From positions 1 through 33,771 of IMG/VR virus record IMGVR_UViG_3300005837_000416: DNA of 33,771 bases. One strand, 5' to 3'. The notes below the pieces were generated by a model that worked only from the letters and a program-made list of their open reading frames with translations, did not search any database and was not told the origin of the DNA. This document shows, one piece after another, positions 8,227 to 17,249 of the stretch. The position numbers and the translations under genes were made by a program. Positions within the stretch are counted from its first letter, which is position 1. Each line of letters begins with the position of its first letter. The stretch comes from a virus. Lineage: Duplodnaviria; Caudoviricetes.

Positions 8227-9618
8227 TTATTTACGAACGCTATCCCTAATTAATTCCAAGGTGGTGGTTACCCCTTCTTTATTCCATGTATGTGATAAAC
8301 CTGCTACCAAATACTTACCTGAATAGTTCTTATCTTCCTGAACCTTACCGTTATCACCTTTACCAAGAGGGATTATGACGCTCAAAACATCGCCAGCAGC
8401 AATCGCTGTGTTGCCTGCGACTTGAATACGGAGACACACTGCACGGATCATAGAATATCTGGCAGCAGCATATGTTCCGACTTCTAGAGTGTCAGCGTCA
8501 GCAGTTGCAGCACCAGCGTTAGGATCACCAGCAGGTTGACCGTTTATTTCTTTCTGATCTTTAAGACCAGGTAGGATTCTTAATTTTGTTCTTGATGGGA
8601 AAAACTCCTCATACTCCTTCATCAATGCAAGAGGATTACCTTTCTCCAGTGTGGACATCTTGCCGAACAATTTACTGAGCACTGACTCACGAGGTCCAGT
8701 AATTGTTCCACCTCCACCACCGCTAGTATCCTGTGAAACCGCAGATCGTGTCATGATAGGGAGCATGATACCCTGAGTCACATTCTTCACAGCACCAACT
8801 CTTAGTTTTTCTAAGATGTTAGTTCTATCAGGATATGCGAGGTTGTTGATGAGGTACATATTCCTCTCAGAGTCCTGCTCACCAACGTTTGACTGCTCGT
8901 AGGTATATACGACACCAATTTCTTTCTGCTCACACATACCATCGATGCTCTTAAAGTTGAATCCTTTTCTGTTTTCAAAGAATAAGAATCCAGACTGTGT
9001 TTTTGATCCCTTTCCAGATGTAGAGCGAGTTACCTTATCACATAGGTAGTTGATAAGATCAACAGGTCTCCAGTTAGGTGAAACAAAATTAACTTTAGAA
9101 CAATTTTCTATAGCACCATCATGTTTAATTTTCTTTCCACCTTTCAAAAATTCTTTGACAACGTACTTGGGAATACTGTCTCTATCTTTTGTAGCAGGAC
9201 CAAAGGAACCAAACACACGGTTCACTTCATTATTAAATGACTCTGTGCTAACAACATGCAAAATGTAAGAAGACGTTCTCTCTGTTTTCGTTACACTAGC
9301 AATCTTAAATACTTGCCCTGTCCACTTCAATGCTGTACCTTTAGATGCATCTGTAACTATCTCAAGGTGTACGATCTCACCACCTCTGAGGAAGTTAATG
9401 AAGTCAACAGATTCAATGATAGATATATCTAATCTACAAAATGGTGAGTCGATTGACTCGTACCAAATAAATTCCGCAGCAAGTTGCCTGATGTCAAATG
9501 AGTTCTTCTTATCTTTCTTGAACTTATCTGACAATGCATTCGTAATTCCACCACCATTCTGCCCTGAAGGGAGTGTGATGGTCAAATCTTTCAGTTCGTA
9601 TCCTTTTGCTGCTGACAT
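8227..9618 (-). CDS. Baseplate hub / tail protein (gp27/GPD-like)
   Basis: WYESIDSPF, SGFLFFENRKGFNFKSID, GNTAIAAGDV, YSGKYLVAGLSH; follows the tape-measure-like genes. Confidence 0.7.
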   Translation of the reverse strand: MSAAKGYELKDLTITLPSGQNGGGITNALSDKFKKDKKNSFDIRQLAAEFIWYESIDSPFCRLDISIIESVDFINFLRGGEIVHLEIVTDASKGTALKWTGQVFKIASVTKTERTSSYILHVVSTESFNNEVNRVFGSFGPATKDRDSIPKYVVKEFLKGGKKIKHDGAIENCSKVNFVSPNWRPVDLINYLCDKVTRSTSGKGSKTQSGFLFFENRKGFNFKSIDGMCEQKEIGVVYTYEQSNVGEQDSERNMYLINNLAYPDRTNILEKLRVGAVKNVTQGIMLPIMTRSAVSQDTSGGGGGTITGPRESVLSKLFGKMSTLEKGNPLALMKEYEEFFPSRTKLRILPGLKDQKEINGQPAGDPNAGAATADADTLEVGTYAAARYSMIRAVCLRIQVAGNTAIAAGDVLSVIIPLGKGDNGKVQEDKNYSGKYLVAGLSHTWNKEGVTTTLELIRDSVRK

Positions 9619-9621
9619 TGA

Positions 9622-12111
9622 TTATGATAACAGTGCTGGTGGGGTCGTGTGCTCCTGCATAAGACCAAACCTCGGTATCATGTATTTAGTTGCCGCTTGC
9701 TCCCTTTGTGGTAGACCAATGAGTTGTGGCAGGGGTGGTGGACCCTGATCAACTGGTGGTGGTACATCAACAGGAGGAAGTGCTGCTACCTCTGCTGTAT
9801 CAGCACCCTTGCTTGCTGCTGTCTCGATACGTTCGTCTTGTCTCTGTTGCTGTGCGGTGATAGTTGAACCAGTGCTATGTTGTGGTGCACCAAGATTGGA
9901 AAGGTGTTTTGCATCACCCGTACCCTTACCTTTGATCAGACTGATGATAGGTTCAGCACGTCTTCCGACTTGACCGTACCATGCACTGTCTCTGAGTTCT
10001 TCACCTGCTTTATTATAATCACCATTCTTAAAGTATGATACAAACTTAGGGAATCCTTGATACCAAGAAGGACCCATGTTGAATGTCAGGTCAATCAGTG
10101 CTGCTTTCTGTTGTGCAGATGCCTTCTTATATCCAGGGATATTACGTGCCTGCGTCTCATGATGCTTGAAATCTTCATCAAACAGCGAATCAGCACGAGA
10201 CTTAGTGATCTTTTGACCAATACCCATCCCTCTGACATCTGCTGGTGATCCAGCATCAATCAGGTGACCATAACCAACTGTGGGGAAACCTCTGCTGTCC
10301 TTATATACATCTAATCTCAATCCTTCATGGATCTTGATCATGTCCTTAGCAAAGTTTAATTCACCACCAGCAGCAAATCCTGGGAGATTAAATCCACCAC
10401 GCGCTGCCTCACCCATACGCTGACCTGTAAGTCCAGGGTTCGCTCTGGTAGCAGGAGTGTCAAATGGTACGACAAATGCACCACCGCTTGCAAATCCTTT
10501 ATATCCTACCCATTCTGTACCATGACCAATGAATGATGTTGACCTACCGCCATCTAGTGATACAGGATAACCAGACTGAGGACCAGTAATCCATCCACCC
10601 TTCGCTCTTGATACATATCCACCCTTCGCCTTACCTTCCTTATTGCCTGTGTCGTCATCCTTTTGGAAGACTTCCATAATTTTCTGGACTGCTTCAAACA
10701 TTTTGAAGAACGGTGCCAGAATCAGTTCTAGTGCATCAGCACCAAACTTCTTAAGTCTATCAACATATGGTGAGAAGAACGAACCAACCTTGGTGAATAC
10801 CTCACCAAAGAATCCCATTGCACCATCAAACTGTTCTTTCAGTTGTCCAGTAACCTTACCAAACATGTCGGACACACCTGACCACAGTTGTTTGATAGGT
10901 TCAACTACAAAACTAAGTGCCGATCCAATCGGACCTTTTGCACCCTTAACCTCTGCTGCTGATGCTGCTGAATCTTCTTCTGCCTTCGCCTTGATCTCAT
11001 CAGCAGAATACATCAACTTATCTGCAAGTGCTTTCTCTTGCAGTGATGCTAATTCTTTTGGATCAAGATCTAGTGTGGAGAGAACTTCATCTGTGTCGAA
11101 GAGATTTCCACCATAATCATCCATACCCTCTTCGTCGTTCTCGACGGTGGGTTCACCCTCTTCATCACCTTTACCCTTGAACATGTTATATGCCAAGGTA
11201 CCAATACCAACGGCAGCACCAGTAAGTAATGCTGCTTTAGGGTTCTTAATTAAGAACTTACCTGCCTTGAATACACCTTTGGCAGCAATCTTACCAAAGT
11301 TGAATAACATCTTTGCTACGTTTTTCAGTAGCAGAAGTACGGGTTTAACAACAAACTTAATACCACCCTTGAGGAGTAGTTTCAGTCCCAACTTAGCAAG
11401 TGCAGGACCAGCAAAGATACCTGCCAATACTAAGAAGAACTTACCAATACCCAACAATCCTTTTAAGGATGTGGGATTCTCCATGAAATCAGACAGACCA
11501 CCAAGTGCGAAACCTGCTAAGAACTTAGCAGTATTCCATACAAATGTAGCGATCTTACCCACCACATCCATGATCTTTTGTACTTTATCTGGATTCTTCG
11601 CTATCCAATCTAGTGCAGCGAATCCAACCAGTCCCATGAATAGTTTACCTAGACTGGCGAGGAATCCTGCAATACCTGATGCAACTTTACCTGTGACATA
11701 TCCAGCAGCAAATCCTACACGTCTAGCAAGGTTTGGTTTTTCTACCTCTGCCTCAGCGAGATCATCTGCCTGTCTACCTTCTTCTTTCTTCTTTGCTCTT
11801 AAATCTGCTCTATCTGCTGCTGCCTTATCATCTGCTGCATCCTTCTCTGCATTTACAATACTATCAGCAGACTGAATCTGTGCCGAGATACCTGACTTAA
11901 ATGTTTCTGTCATGCTCTGCAACATGACACCAATACTATTAACAGACGCACCAATACTATTCAGAGCGGATCCCATCTTAGTGAATCCAGCATTCTGAAC
12001 TGTGACCATCTGGTCTACATTTGCATTTGAAACTGCTGATTTAGAGATCCCCTTTGTGGAGATCATCTTATACAGTTTAGCTCTTGGTACGGATGTTGTT
12101 GGTTTTGCCAT
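9622..12111 (-). CDS. Tape-measure/baseplate-hub-like protein with T4-type (GH24) lysozyme domain
   Basis: Helical, hydrophobic N-terminal part; IKIHEGLRLDVYKDSRGFPTVGYGHLI (E-D-T triad), ALIDLTFNMG, DSAWYGQVGRRA. Confidence 0.85.
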   Translation of the reverse strand: MAKPTTSVPRAKLYKMISTKGISKSAVSNANVDQMVTVQNAGFTKMGSALNSIGASVNSIGVMLQSMTETFKSGISAQIQSADSIVNAEKDAADDKAAADRADLRAKKKEEGRQADDLAEAEVEKPNLARRVGFAAGYVTGKVASGIAGFLASLGKLFMGLVGFAALDWIAKNPDKVQKIMDVVGKIATFVWNTAKFLAGFALGGLSDFMENPTSLKGLLGIGKFFLVLAGIFAGPALAKLGLKLLLKGGIKFVVKPVLLLLKNVAKMLFNFGKIAAKGVFKAGKFLIKNPKAALLTGAAVGIGTLAYNMFKGKGDEEGEPTVENDEEGMDDYGGNLFDTDEVLSTLDLDPKELASLQEKALADKLMYSADEIKAKAEEDSAASAAEVKGAKGPIGSALSFVVEPIKQLWSGVSDMFGKVTGQLKEQFDGAMGFFGEVFTKVGSFFSPYVDRLKKFGADALELILAPFFKMFEAVQKIMEVFQKDDDTGNKEGKAKGGYVSRAKGGWITGPQSGYPVSLDGGRSTSFIGHGTEWVGYKGFASGGAFVVPFDTPATRANPGLTGQRMGEAARGGFNLPGFAAGGELNFAKDMIKIHEGLRLDVYKDSRGFPTVGYGHLIDAGSPADVRGMGIGQKITKSRADSLFDEDFKHHETQARNIPGYKKASAQQKAALIDLTFNMGPSWYQGFPKFVSYFKNGDYNKAGEELRDSAWYGQVGRRAEPIISLIKGKGTGDAKHLSNLGAPQHSTGSTITAQQQRQDERIETAASKGADTAEVAALPPVDVPPPVDQGPPPLPQLIGLPQREQAATKYMIPRFGLMQEHTTPPALLS

Positions 12112-14663
12112 CAGCAGCGGTTAATCAGGGGTGATGGGTTAGGACGTGTTACGAGCATGGGCATGGATGCCGCATTCTGTCCTTGGCGGTTCACTTGTTG
12201 TAGCATAACGATTGCATGACTGCCGCTCATTTGGCGATCTATAGAGGCACCAATACTTGCAGAAGAAATTGCAGGGAGACTTCCAGTCTTATTTAGGGCA
12301 GCACCGTCAGAATACTGAATACCACCTACTGCATTCTCAAGTCCTTGGAAGTATGAGTCACCTTGACCCATATTTCTTGCTTCAGATGCGTAGGTTTTAC
12401 CCTTCATGGTTTCATTACTAGCAGTCTCAGGTACCCACTTGCTACCATCCCAAACAACAGGTTTACCTTTCAGTGTTGCCTGCTGTCCTACCTTTCTATT
12501 GGATACAGTGCTTGCCTGTGCACCTGATGTTGCAACCTTCTTAGTTGTACCAGCACCAGTCAAGTTCTCCCAGTGCCATGCTTCATGTCCATCAGGATTA
12601 TCAGTCTCATATCCAGGGATCTGAGTAAATCCAAACTTACCAGCATTCTGTCTCAACCACTTATATGCACCGTTTGTATACCACAAGTCAACAGCACGAC
12701 CCAAACCATGATTAGATGTTCCAGGATATGCAGCAGTTCCAGGTCCAAGTTCGTTATACAGTTCTTGCTGTCTTTGATATGTTCTATAAGATGAATTGAT
12801 TCTAAAGGCAGTGCCCATCTTGAATCCATCTGCCGCCGCTGCTTCCATCATCGCCTTAAATTGAGGCGCGATGCTCTTCGCTAGTTTGTGACCATTACCA
12901 ATGTCAGCAAGTGCTTCATTTGGTAACTGACCATTCTTAAATTCACCACCAGCAGCGAACTTATCCCAATCTCGCATGGGATCCTTTGCTTGTGGTTTAA
13001 CCACTGTAGGTTCGAGATATTTCTTATTTCTCTCGTTCTCTTTCTTAACAGCACCACCACCAGCACGTTCAACAGGTCCACCTTCCTCTCTAAATGGACT
13101 TGTCAACCAGTTCCATGCCTTTCCTGCTTTATCGGCAATAAACTGGGCACCACCCAATACCATCTTGATACCTTTAATAATAGTATCAATAGCAGCACTG
13201 AATACAAAATCATTAAACCTCTTCAACCAGTCCATTGCTGGTTGTATAAAGTCTAAGAATCCAACGATCCAGTCCAAGAAAGGTTGGTAGAACTTTAGAA
13301 CACCATCAATCATCTTGAGAGTATTCTCTTTCAACCACTCTCGTATATTGACGAAGAATTTAGATATACCTTTGAATGCACCCTCTACCAGAGGTGCCAA
13401 CTTCTCACCTAACCATCCACCTGCCCACTCTCCGATCATAGAACCGAGAATAGGTGCCAAAGGACCAATAAACGGACCTAACAATGCTGTAGCCATAGCA
13501 GCACCAGCAAGACCACCTGCTGCTACACCAACGCCGCGTCCAATCGCTTCTGTGTTTGTTTTGCCTGCTGCCAATGCATCCTGATATGCTCCCAGACCAG
13601 ACATGATTGACATTGCACCCGCACCGACCTTTGCGAGTTTGGTTAATCCTTTTGCTCCTCCAAGTTTTTTAAGTCCGCCGCTGAATTTCTTCATCAGCTT
13701 GCCGACTTTACCCTTGAGTTTTCCTAGTCCTCCACGACCGCCTACCTTGCCTTTGAAACGGTTCTTTGCTGCTTTGTCACCAAATCTTCTTTGGTATCTC
13801 TTACGTGCTTCCTTGGATGCGTTTCTAGTTCTACCTTTTTGTCTCTGTCGGTTTTGTCTGTTTGTTCTACCTTGTCCGTCTTGACCACCCTGGTCCTGAT
13901 TGAAGATGTCAAACAGCATCGACAATCTACGGAAGTCTTTAACTAACTTCCATGGGAAAAATACTCTGGACGCTGCCCAAATAGAGGCAATGCCAACAAA
14001 CATCTGACCGATGCCTGTAACACCCTCCCAGATACGTTCACCAGCAGACTTATTCGGATCACCACCGAATACCTTAGTGATACCATCAAATAGAGAGTTG
14101 ACTCCAAAACTTAATATCTTCCATCCAAACTTCACCCACCCAGTGATGAAGTTGATCATGTTCTGGACTTTTTCTGGATTCTTTGCAATCCAATCTAATG
14201 CGGCAAACAGTCCTAGTTGTGCCAGCAGTGGTAACAGTAGATTACCGATACCTTTGAAAATAGACAAGAATCCCTTGAGTCTTCCGCCTTTCTCTTTCTT
14301 TACCTTTTCTTCGACACCCTTCTTATCTTCTTCTGTGGGTTCTGCCTCAACTTGTGCCTCAGCAGCATCATCCGTTTCTCTTCCTGTATCTTTTCTCTCT
14401 ACTCTTGCTAATTCTCTACGACGCTCTAGTTCTGTCTTAGAAGTTTTAGTAATAACCTCAGCATGTTCCTGACCCTTCTCACTAAGATATTGTGTCTGAA
14501 ACTCTAGAAGTGTATTGAATGCGGTGAGTTGTTCACCAATATGAGTTAAACTTGCACCAATGCGATTGGTTCTCTGAATGTTCTGCGTAAAGCCAACAGA
14601 AAGTCCTGTACGGTCCTGAGGAGGACGTACAGCAACATAACTTCTGACTTTAAGTTTTGCCAT
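12111..14663 (-). CDS. Tape-measure-like protein with M15 (VanY-like) Zn peptidase domain
   Basis: Gly/Ala-rich helical body; INSSYRT..QQ, AAYPGTSNHGLGRAVDL, HEAWHWE. Confidence 0.85.
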   Translation of the reverse strand: MAKLKVRSYVAVRPPQDRTGLSVGFTQNIQRTNRIGASLTHIGEQLTAFNTLLEFQTQYLSEKGQEHAEVITKTSKTELERRRELARVERKDTGRETDDAAEAQVEAEPTEEDKKGVEEKVKKEKGGRLKGFLSIFKGIGNLLLPLLAQLGLFAALDWIAKNPEKVQNMINFITGWVKFGWKILSFGVNSLFDGITKVFGGDPNKSAGERIWEGVTGIGQMFVGIASIWAASRVFFPWKLVKDFRRLSMLFDIFNQDQGGQDGQGRTNRQNRQRQKGRTRNASKEARKRYQRRFGDKAAKNRFKGKVGGRGGLGKLKGKVGKLMKKFSGGLKKLGGAKGLTKLAKVGAGAMSIMSGLGAYQDALAAGKTNTEAIGRGVGVAAGGLAGAAMATALLGPFIGPLAPILGSMIGEWAGGWLGEKLAPLVEGAFKGISKFFVNIREWLKENTLKMIDGVLKFYQPFLDWIVGFLDFIQPAMDWLKRFNDFVFSAAIDTIIKGIKMVLGGAQFIADKAGKAWNWLTSPFREEGGPVERAGGGAVKKENERNKKYLEPTVVKPQAKDPMRDWDKFAAGGEFKNGQLPNEALADIGNGHKLAKSIAPQFKAMMEAAAADGFKMGTAFRINSSYRTYQRQQELYNELGPGTAAYPGTSNHGLGRAVDLWYTNGAYKWLRQNAGKFGFTQIPGYETDNPDGHEAWHWENLTGAGTTKKVATSGAQASTVSNRKVGQQATLKGKPVVWDGSKWVPETASNETMKGKTYASEARNMGQGDSYFQGLENAVGGIQYSDGAALNKTGSLPAISSASIGASIDRQMSGSHAIVMLQQVNRQGQNAASMPMLVTRPNPSPLINRC

Positions 14664-14846
14664 TTACATCGATTGACGTTGTTGAGCCTTTTGTCTTGCT
14701 TCCTCTTCTTTGAGGTGAGCAAGAAGTAAGTTCACATATACATCACGTTCCCAAGGCATCATATTTTCAAGTTCAGTTAGACTGTACTTGTGATGTTGCA
14801 TCAGAGCAAAATTGACTTGATACAGATTCAACAGAGAATCATGCAT
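14664..14846 (-). CDS. gp51: gp51-like baseplate hub assembly protein (short; possibly expressed by frameshift)
   Basis: LYQVNFALMQHHKYSLTELENMMPWERDVYV signature; in the -1 frame relative to gp26. Confidence 0.88.
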   Translation of the reverse strand: MHDSLLNLYQVNFALMQHHKYSLTELENMMPWERDVYVNLLLAHLKEEEARQKAQQRQSM

Positions 14847-14864
14847 CAGTGCTATCCGAAAAAA
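14815..14864 (-). promoter_or_regulatory. Candidate programmed -1 ribosomal frameshift signal
   Basis: T TTT TTC heptamer (14864-14858) in gp26 frame, 7-nt spacer, stem-loop 14850-14815; -1 frame open into gp51. Confidence 0.65.
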
Positions 14865-15556
14865 GCGGCGAGACCTTCCAGTGGGATAGTGCTCACGACT
14901 TTCGTCTTAGGATTTTCTACTTCAAGATCATGACGAAGTTTGGGAATCGTATCAAAGAACTGTTGAACCTTTTGGAACTGTTCAGAGTTCAAACCTTCGA
15001 TAAAGTCTTGTGCTTCCTTCAGAGTGAAAGAATCATAGATCTCTTCTTCATCGTAGATCTTATCGATACACTGAGCAGAAAGTTTGAACATATCTTCAAT
15101 AGATGGTTCATCTTTCATGTTGGAGTCAATAAAGAAGTCCATAGAAGGATACTTCATCTCCATTTTGATCTTGCCGTCAAGATCAATGTGTGTTGTGTGG
15201 TTCTCAGGAATGGTAACTTCGATATTCTGCAGAGGTAGTTTTACATCTACAGTCGTCTTGTTATCATCAGGACACGTAACCACGAATTCACTAATTTCAC
15301 CAACTGCTTTTGCACGAATGCGGAGAAAGATGTATTCAATCTCAAAGGTTGGTAGTTTGTCCAGGTTTTTCTTCAAGTCAGTGCAGTTCTTGATAATTGT
15401 CTTCACTGCGTTCACCATTTCTTTCTCTTGCTGAGATTCCATGGCGAGGTAGAGAAGTTTTTCTTCTTTTACCAAGAAAGGACGATACTTAACTTTCAGT
15501 CCTGTTACGGGCAACGTGCACTCGTATTCAGGAATTGCTAACTTCGGTAATGGCAT
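14852..15556 (-). CDS. gp26: Baseplate hub subunit / assembly chaperone gp26
   Basis: MPLPKL..PEY, KYRPFLVKEEK.L, FEIEYIFLRIRAKAVGE, MKYPS, LEGLAAFF; TCTAAATA at 15580-15587. Confidence 0.92.
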   Translation of the reverse strand: MPLPKLAIPEYECTLPVTGLKVKYRPFLVKEEKLLYLAMESQQEKEMVNAVKTIIKNCTDLKKNLDKLPTFEIEYIFLRIRAKAVGEISEFVVTCPDDNKTTVDVKLPLQNIEVTIPENHTTHIDLDGKIKMEMKYPSMDFFIDSNMKDEPSIEDMFKLSAQCIDKIYDEEEIYDSFTLKEAQDFIEGLNSEQFQKVQQFFDTIPKLRHDLEVENPKTKVVSTIPLEGLAAFFG

Positions 15557-15589
15557 AATTATTCACAATGTCATAAAGTTATTTAGACG

Positions 15590-16345
15590 TTAAATTCCAA
15601 AGTCATTTACTTCGGATTGCTCTGTGTCTCCACCGAGACCATCGATACCAAGAAGTTTAGATATACCACTAAATCTATCGATAAACTTATCAGGTTGGTT
15701 TGCCCATCCTATATTTTCTAGAACAGTGTCAAAACGATACCTCTCGTATGCAAACTCAACGTCCATCTTCATAATGGTCGTGCTTTCATTGTTTAGTTGC
15801 ATGACACTAATATTGGTGGGGAATGCACCTAGTAGTTGCCACACACCTGTAACTCTGTTCAAACGTGTAGTAGGTGCCGATGCAACAGGTCCACCTTTTG
15901 ACTGGTCTCGATATACAACGTTACTACCCAATTCCCACTTTTGAATAAGAATATTCGTAGTGTATTGATCATAGAAACCAACACGGTTCTCCTGATCACC
16001 TGCGGTTTCTAGCATCCACTGCTCAAAGATCTGTCTCAACCAGAGATCTTTTGTGATCAAAAATGAGATCGTGATGGGTGAGTTAACCTGTCCAGTTGCA
16101 TATTTTCTAGAGATACCATGATCCCTAACTTCACCAGTAGTTACCTGTCTGCTGGGTACAGTTACATCATCAGCAGCAAAGTTGACGTACTCATACCACT
16201 TACGGAAATCATAGGTAGGACGATCTCGGATAATAGCAGGAAATCCGCAGAAAACTGAATATAGATTAGAACGAGCAGGTTCCGCACCACCTGTGCGTAC
16301 CCACTGCATAAATTCAGTAAATGAATTAGGTGTGGTAAATGCCAC
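15590..16345 (-). CDS. Tail-tube-fold protein (gp19/gp54-like)
   Basis: ARSNLY, VTVPSR, ITISFL, FEQW, LLGAFPTNIS...VEFAYE; GTG start at 16345 overlapping the gp2 stop (TAGTG). Confidence 0.78.
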   Translation of the reverse strand: MAFTTPNSFTEFMQWVRTGGAEPARSNLYSVFCGFPAIIRDRPTYDFRKWYEYVNFAADDVTVPSRQVTTGEVRDHGISRKYATGQVNSPITISFLITKDLWLRQIFEQWMLETAGDQENRVGFYDQYTTNILIQKWELGSNVVYRDQSKGGPVASAPTTRLNRVTGVWQLLGAFPTNISVMQLNNESTTIMKMDVEFAYERYRFDTVLENIGWANQPDKFIDRFSGISKLLGIDGLGGDTEQSEVNDFGI

Positions 16346-16818
16346 TATAAACGACTCCAAACAAATGAACTGGGTATGTCGATACTTCGACCCATAACAG
16401 TGCTAACGAACTGCTCTAGTGGCAGTTTGCCAATATCTTCTAATTCTTCCCTAGGGACCTTATAGAATCCACTAGCATTAGATATTAAGTATTTATGATG
16501 GCAGCGGCGAGGATATGAAATAGCACCCGCTTTGATAGATTTACCTACTGCAACCCTATTTGTAGGTCTTAAATAGTGTAGATTACCACCTTCAAATCTA
16601 TTCTGACTTACATCAACGTCTGTGATAAGTGTCATCGGGTACTTATCCCAGAATTTTAGTTTATCGGCGTATTCTGCTTGATATGAATAGAACACGACAT
16701 CACCAAATGCAGGCATGCCATCCAGAGGTTCCAGGAGTGCTCTTACATTATCCCTAAACCATGGTTTGCTTTTACGTGTGTCTCCCTGACGGGCGATAAC
16801 GTCTGTGTATACGCTCAT
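16345..16818 (-). CDS. gp2: DNA end protector protein gp2-like
   Basis: FYSYQAEYADKLKFWDKYP, GGNLHYL, HKYL, LPLEQF; follows gp4. Confidence 0.8.
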   Translation of the reverse strand: MSVYTDVIARQGDTRKSKPWFRDNVRALLEPLDGMPAFGDVVFYSYQAEYADKLKFWDKYPMTLITDVDVSQNRFEGGNLHYLRPTNRVAVGKSIKAGAISYPRRCHHKYLISNASGFYKVPREELEDIGKLPLEQFVSTVMGRSIDIPSSFVWSRL

Positions 16819-17249
16819 ACCTTTAGTTCTTTTTCGGTGAGTATCATAAATTGCATGCGGCGGTCAGCACAGTATTCTTCTGCTGCTTTCCACTTCGCTT
16901 CATTCACTGCATAAGTTTTCACTTCTGACAAGTATTTCTTCGTGACCCTCTTTTGTCTTTTCGGCGGAGCAGTTTGCCTTTTGGGTTTAACTTCGATAAT
17001 GAACTTCTCAGTCCTTCCACTCCGTGTTCTGACTCGGACGTAAAAGTCTGGAAAATAGCGATGAACCCTACGGTCAACAGGAGATACATATGGAATAATG
17101 ATTTCTTCACTGCCCCACTCCAATACATTGTCGTTTTTATCACACCAGACCATGAACTTTCTTTCCCACAAACTCCTATAAATAATATTTGTGGGATCAC
17201 CTTTATATTTTTGTGGATGCGATGGTCTGTATTTTCCAGTATAACTCAT
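16815..17249 (-). CDS. gp4: Head completion nuclease gp4
   Basis: KYKGDPTNIIYRSLWERKFM, WGSEE, HRYFPDF, IEVKP, NEAKWKAA. Confidence 0.95.
   Translation of the reverse strand: MSYTGKYRPSHPQKYKGDPTNIIYRSLWERKFMVWCDKNDNVLEWGSEEIIIPYVSPVDRRVHRYFPDFYVRVRTRSGRTEKFIIEVKPKRQTAPPKRQKRVTKKYLSEVKTYAVNEAKWKAAEEYCADRRMQFMILTEKELKV
17177..17184 (+). promoter_or_regulatory. Late promoter TATAAATA for gp48-gp53, inside gp4
   Basis: Exact consensus 64 nt upstream of the gp48 ATG; no intergenic space available. Confidence 0.7.

Noticed and set aside
11147-11875. Long plus-strand ORFs antisense to structural genes (also 4786-5310, 14011-14472, 27565-28089)
   Set aside because: Shadow ORFs from codon bias of the real minus-strand genes; no motifs or RBS
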